A DNA stretch of 64,000 nucleotides. Origin: Octopus bimaculoides (Eukaryota). Shown here piece by piece: positions 56,216-63,611 of the stretch (its first letter is position 1; every line of letters starts with the position of its first letter). The stretch is taken from NCBI RefSeq assembly GCF_001194135.2, contig NC_068990.1, positions 88,365,180-88,429,179 of the forward strand. The letters are read 5' to 3'. The notes below the pieces were generated by a model. It ran no database searches. It had not been told where the DNA came from and saw only the letters and a list, made by a program, of their open reading frames with translations. The position numbers and the translations under genes are program-made.

Positions 56216-59200
56216 AAGTGTTTATGTTTCAGTACCAAATGTATTTCTTGTTTCCTGTTTTATTTTTTCAGCCAGTCAAGAATTTTTTATATTTAGAAAA
56301 GTTAGCATGCCTTGGCAAGTTACTTTAGGACAGATTACAGGAATGAGCTTAAAGAGGTGTAATGCAACTTGCCATCAATATCCTGGGTGTCACAGTTATG
56401 CATACAAGCAGGAAAATAAGGTCTGTGTATTGAGTAGGATTACTCAGTCGAGTGATAAACTTAAATCCGACCAGGGAAGTTGGAATGTAAACATAATGAA
56501 CCCAGGTCAGTTGCGTATTTTCATCTTATTTATTGTTTTCATCTTATTTATTGTTTTCATCTTATTTATTTTGTGCATCTTATTTATTGTTTTCATCTTA
56601 TTTATTTTGTGCATCTTATTTATTGTATTTTCATCTTATTTATTGTGTATTTATATCATCATCATCATTTAACCATTTCATTACTATATTTCTGACCAAA
56701 ATACACCCCTCATGAGTTTCAATTAAATTCTAAAATAATCATGAATTTAGACTAGTTTCATTAAACAACTGTACCCTTTTTTTACTTATCAACATATTAA
56801 TGTGACATTTGGAACATAATTGAAGAAAGGGTTCTTAATCAATTCTATTGCATAATTTTTGTCTCAAAGTGACTCTAATTACAGGTAAACCCAGGTAAAC
56901 TGAGCAAAATGTAAAAATATTAAAATTTTGTTTAAACATTATCATAGAAAATGAGTCATCTGCTAATATTTAATTGGGTATGCAACAAAATTTTGATATA
57001 GAAGAATTGTGCACATCACTAGATTATCAGTTGAATTTAATACACAGAGGAACAGGTGTACCATAAAGGTAAAATAAACTGAAATACTGGAATTTGTTTT
57101 TGAAGAAAACTAGAAAATTAAATACATCAACTAAATGAAATATACTCACACACATACATGAATACACAGGAACATATATAATAAAGATTTACAATAGAAG
57201 TTAAATCAAAACTCGTCACTCACCTTATAAGTAAATTAAAATTATAGGTTAATTAAGATTACAGGTAAATTAAAATAAAAAGTAAAACTAAGTAAATTTG
57301 AAAAATATTTATACAATCTAATTATACATATATACAAACAATATTCACACAATATTTCTATCATGGAAAGTTGTAAAACATCCCACGCTACATACTGCAA
57401 CCTTGCAGAATGCACATTGGAAAGACGTTTCAATTGGCTGTCCACTGGGAGTTTTTCTTTGTTGATGTAGACATTCACAGCACCGTCTTTTGCGACCCCT
57501 GATTTTTTCTAATTTATGTAGATCAGTTGAACTTAGAGGAATATCTCTCTGGCAGGCTTTGCTTTTCCTTCCTGCAGTTATTTTTTGGAGGAATAACCTG
57601 CCCTCAACTGTATTGCTATATCTGCTCAGAACTGCAGATGGTTACACTGCTTGCGAACCCCTCCTGATTTGGTATATAATATAAATACATTTACAATGCT
57701 CATGTTTACTATATACCAAACCAGGTATTGCCACCATTTATTACCCGGTCTACCAACCGGATAATAACTCATCATCTGGTTCAGCCGATCCACACCGTCC
57801 ATGTACCTGTTATAATCAAGGTTCCCAAACGGGGTGCCATTTTCATCTACACATGGTTGTGCACTGGTAGATAGAAAATTTATCTGCCTCTTATCTCTGT
57901 ATGCAGTTGCTAGCAGATATCCTTTCTGCCGTTGAATTATTTCACCTCTTTTTTTTAAATTTTGCTTTTTTTATATCCAACGGCAGCCCTTTTCTACTAG
58001 CGATTACTGTAGCACATGTATACATTGCCACAGCTTCTAAATCCACTGCAAGTTTGCCTGAACTAAAAAATCGGTCAAAAAATAATATATGGCCCTGGTT
58101 ATGGTATGGAAGTGATAATTCCAGACCACATCGTACTCTAGGCCATGCTGACTAACATTATTGTTAGTCAGCTGTAGAGACCATGCCAAATGACACTAGA
58201 GTCTGGTGCAGCCCCTCCGTTTATCATCCCTCGTCAAACCAGCATAATCAATGGATGTTAAAAGATGGTACAGTATTATATATATTTTTGTAAAAATGAG
58301 TAGAGATGTTTTTTTGGTGGGGAAAATTTTAATTTTAATCTTGATAATGTTTAAATTGAGTTACTGTGATATGAGTTTCAAGCTTCAAAGAGCCATTTTC
58401 AAACTGAAAAATGTATGTTTTACTGGTTGCTTAAATAGCAAAAGATATTTTTCTTACAAGTATACATAAAAAATATATACACATATAGAAAAAAAGGAAA
58501 AGCAAAATATTTATAAAAAAATACAAAATCATGAAGAACAACAACATAAGAAAAGAAGAAAGAAGATGAAGAAGAAGAAGAAGAAAAAAACAAATGAAAT
58601 CAAGAAAAAATAAAAAGGAATATATAAATAAAAATAAAGATAAGACTAATAGTAATTGAGAACAGTGGAGAGGAGAGTTAAGTCCATCAAGAATAAAGAA
58701 ATAGAATATTTTGGAGTGGTCAATATTGTTGTGTTCTTGTCAAAAGAATATATATGTACACACACACACATCATGTATATACACTCACACACAAACATAC
58801 ATAGTTACATAGACACACATATGTATACTTTTATATCTGTGCAAATATCTACGTTTAGTGTAACATTGTTTATTATCTCATTCTCAGCCACCTATGTCAA
58901 TTTCTCTCTTCAATTCCAGGTTACTCAAACATTAACTGTGGACCTCCAAAAGATGTTTCTGGTGCAGTGAAGTCCTACAGAACCACAACCTATAAATCTA
59001 CAGTCATCTACACTTGTCCAAATGGAGAACAGCTAAAGTCAGTATGTAATATGGAAAGCAAATGGACTCCAGTTGCATCTTCCTGTTTTGGTAGTATAAA
59101 TAGCTTCTCTCTTGTTCTTTCTATCTGTTTTTATGCTAAATGTTTTGTCTGAAGAAGACTGGCTTACACTTCGTGAATTTCTAGTGTTTCTGGCTAGTGG

Positions 59201-62200
59201 GAGGGAGAGAACTAGTTATCCTCAGAGCAGAGACCTCCCCAAATGCTTGCTGCAGTAGATTCCATTAATTATACCCAAGGGCAACATAATTCTATGAAAT
59301 CAGATAATGGATTAAGTTTACCAACCAAGAGTTGGAAGTGTAGAAACTTGTTGTCTCCAGCAATCTTTGATATAGTTCACATCCACTAAATTTCATCCAC
59401 AAGCTTAGTTGTGAACCAAATTCTTAACCACACAGATAAAACTCTTAATTTTTCTCTTAATTTCTAACTTTGTCTTTCTCATCCATACTTTGTGTCATCA
59501 GTTGAAACCCAGCACAATATAATGCCCTGAGTCCTTCTTTACTAAAACTCTGCAATCCTCTGAAACAGACATCTGATCCTCATGTTCTTTTCCAGTACAC
59601 TATAACACCAATAATAAAAAATTCCCAATTGACACACAAAGACAAAAAATTTAGATAGTAGTTTAGTCAATATCATCAACCTTACGATTTGACTGGTAAT
59701 TTATGTCATGGGCACCTACAGGTACGACAGGCAATGTTGACTTTCATTTCATTTGAAGTGATATTCGAAAGAGCCTGAATATATAACATACAGCATTGCT
59801 TCCAGTTCTCTAATTAGTACACATGTATACATTGAAAATAAAAATAAGGATGATGATACAGTTCTCTCAATGAAGAAGGATCACTCTAGGATCAGTTGAA
59901 GAATCCTACCATCAAAGATCACCACAAACTCCATGGACATGTATCTTCTCCAGTTATTGCTCTCAGACCAACACTTTTAGCTCACTTTCAATAATTTGTC
60001 TTGAGGACCATACCTTCCTCTCTATCCTCAACTTCTTTACAAGTGAAATTTGTAAATGCAAATTAGGGATTATCTAAAGAGGCAAGTTACTGTCATCTGA
60101 CATTTTGAAACTCCTCCACCTTGCAATCTCTTTTTCTACCACTGCCACACAGAGGAAAACCATCTTCTCTGCCCAATTAAAGGAGATGGACTTGACTGAT
60201 AGGTTGATCCATTCCACTCACAACAGCATGTTTGACATAAATGCACAAGTGAACAATACATGGATGATGACAGAGTACATACAAAATGATTTTTCTATAC
60301 TGCTGACATCTTGGGCAAGCTTGTCTAATGGCACTTCCATGTCATGTATCTTCATTGCAGAATACGTGGCCTTGTGTTCAAGTTAGAAACCATTAAATTT
60401 AATATTGTTACTATGAACAATACTTATAATTATTCTTGTCTATCAGACAAAATGTGATGTAGTATTTGTTCTGACCCTAACTTCTGAGTTCAAGCCCTGC
60501 TGATGTTAATTTTGCCCATTTAGGGCCATTAAAATAAAATGGCATTCATGTGTTGAGGCCACTTTAGCAGACGAATTCTAATCTCAAAATTTTGGCCTTC
60601 TTTCTAGGTTAGTAATTTTTTTTTTCTTGTTATATTTCATTCATCTAAATTTTGCTTTAACACTAGATACTGTGACGATCCATTTTATAAAAATAAGCAA
60701 CGCATATCTGAGTGTACCTAAGAAAACATTGTGGAGTAAGGAAACTAAAAGAATAAAAGGCTGTGCAGAAGTATGTTTTTCTGACAAAAAATGTTTATCA
60801 TTTGAAATAATTAAAAAAAGTGGACTATGTTACTTATCAAAGGAAAGTGCAACTTCTACCAATGAATTAAAGTCAACCAAAGATAGAGATTACTACCAAC
60901 GTTTAAAAGGTAATTATTGTTTTGTATTTTATTATTAGATTCTTTTTACATCTTCTGAAATTTATGATTCCTTTTGTACTCATAATACATAGACAACCAT
61001 TTCTGTGAAGATATTGACAGGTTTACCTCTGAAGACAGGCATAGACATATTCCTGAAAATATGTCAGAAAGTGAAAATATTGTTACAGCATTCTGTGGGA
61101 AAGGAAAATCCCATATTCTTAAACATGAGCAGCAGCAACAGTAGCAGTAGTGGCAGCAATAGCAGTAGTAGTAGTGGCAGCAGCAGTTGCTGTAGTCATA
61201 GTAATGGTGGCTGTGGTGTATCTGTAGATTTTATGATACCTGTGCATTTTCCACATATAAACACTACTGTCTCTCTTAACCTTCCTATTATTCTACTGTA
61301 CCTCTTGTGTGTCCATAGCTTGCACTGGGTACATCATATGAAATTCCTGCCTACTTCTTTCCTACTTATCAAACAGGGCCATTTAACTGAAGCAGGTAGG
61401 AACCTGTCTGTTTCTTGCTTACGAGAACCTTGGTCTTTGCTAAGTTAAACTTAAGGCCTTTTGATTCCAGGTTTTTCTTCCACACCTGGAATTTCTTTTT
61501 CATTTCTGTTCCAGAATCTGCTATGAGAACACCATCAGTTTGTAGTTTCCAAGAGCAGCCAGTTTTGAATTCCTCTGTTATTGCCAGAGGACAGTGATGA
61601 ATAGGAGGGGACTGAGAGTCAAGCCCTGGTGAATGTCTGCTTGTACACTAAATTCATCACTGACTCATGGTTAACTCTTACATTACCGTACATGGCCTGT
61701 ACAGCTTTCACAAGATACTCTTCTACCCCTAGCTTTCTCAGGGTCCACCATATCACACAACAGGGTACTCTATCTAAGGTTTAAAAATATATATATATAT
61801 ATTTATTTATGTATGTATGCATACACACACACACACACACACATATGGTGGGTTGTGTATTTGTTTCTGTGTGTAACTAAATATTAATATTTTCATGTAC
61901 ATTCTCTCTCTTGAAACTTTGTTTTCTGTCATTTTGACTGATATTTTTGCTGTTGACTGCTATTTCTAGCTGATTACGTGCTATGTCACCCGATTTGACA
62001 AAATATGACTAGTCCATTTTTCACAGGGATGAAACTGGAACTGTTGATAAAGGCAAACTTTACAAGTGAAAACTCTTTTGGTCAACAACAACAGCACTCT
62101 TTGTGAAGGAGAACAGACAAGAAAAAGTATACAAACAAATAACAACACTGACAATAAACAAACTGTAAACACTCCAAAGTTTCTTATGTGTGATTTGACA

Positions 62201-63406
62201 GACAATGTTAACACATCAAAGACTATGTTCGACACAGAAAGAAGCAACAGCAGTAACAATAACAACAACAAAAACAACAACGATGAAAGAACTGACAAAC
62301 AAGCCTGCATAAAGGCTTTTAAAAAGATGTCTCTCTTATGTTAGGGCCACCAAGTCCCTCTCTTTAAAGAATCGAATTCTCTAAAGAGGAAATTAAAGAT
62401 GCTGGACAGTTAGTTGAATGAAATGGACTGTCAAATTCAACACCTCAGCTGATACTATCCAGAATACATCATGTCACACAGTAACATACCGTACAATTAG
62501 GTCGGAGGGCAGAATGAGCCACCAAGGCTCAAATTCAAAAGGAAGCAGATAATGATAGCATAGGTTGTCTGCAATTTAAAGTAGTTGATTTCACATACAA
62601 CAAACTTGTGATCTGTACACTCAACTTGAATAAGCTTCATAGACAGGGACTGGTCACTGGAAGCTAAATGCATTCTTGCCAGTTCTCCAAGCTTTCAGAG
62701 ACTGTATAAGTGAATTAAACTGGCATTGATGGGGGAAATTGTCAACAATAAATGGTGGTTTGCTTTGATAATGGTGATCAGAATAGAATCGATAAGTTTA
62801 ACAAAGAACTAGCAGTAGAAAGAAATAGAGCAGAGGCAGAGGCAGAGCTAGTAAGGAAGTTAGATGATGTATTTAGACAAAGCATTGCAACCAATGTACT
62901 TGCAGTGAGATTGGCACTCAAAACACAAAGGCTGCACTGTCAAATCTAATATATATGCTCTTAGGCATGAAGGGATGAAAGCCATTCAGTGGACCTGAGT
63001 GGCAGAGACACAGTGTGGAAATAAATCCACATTTCTGATCTTTACTGGACTACAATGGGAACATGGTAATCGATCCCAAGCAGATGTGTGTGGCTCTTTA
63101 ACAGCATTTCACTCAACTGTTAGAGAGTGGTGGTGAACCGGATCACAGGATTGTTGTTGTTGCTGTTGTTGTTGTTGCTGGTGTTGCTGTTGTTGCTGTT
63201 GTTGTTGTTGCTGCTGCTGTCGTTGCTGCTGTTGTTGTTCTTGTTGTTGTTATTGTTATTGTTGCTGCTGCTGTTGTTGCTGCTGCTGTTGTTGTTGCTG
63301 TTGTTGTTGTTGTTGTTGTTGTTGCTGCTGCTGCTGTTGTTGTTGTTGTTGTTGCTGCTGCTGTCGTTGCTGTCGTCGTTGTTGTTGTTGTTGTTACAGT
63401 TGCTGT

Positions 63407-63437
<31 letters not shown>

Positions 63438-63562
63438 TGTTGTTGTTGTTGTTGTTGTTGCTGTTGTTGTTGTTGTTGGAGATCAATTATTTCTTCATTA
63501 CAAATTGTTTATTTCCAGAATTATGCACCAGATGCTTTGCAATGTTTAATAAATGTGTAGCG

Positions 63563-63611
<49 letters not shown>

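Noticed and set aside
14004-60666. Signal-peptide-like hydrophobic leaders before B exons (e.g. [18 protein letters not shown] at 40702), suggesting standalone secreted PAN genes
   Set aside because: They are read-through of T-rich acceptor regions. The nearby ATG is in frame for B6 but out of frame for B1, B2 and B7, and other listed starts are TTG/GTG. A conserved AG with phase 1 explains all copies better.
293-63549. Many ORF-track peptides rich in YI, CV, HT, RE, L or X
   Set aside because: Translations of (TA)n, (TG)n, (CA)n, (GA)n, (GTT)n microsatellites or N gaps, not genes.
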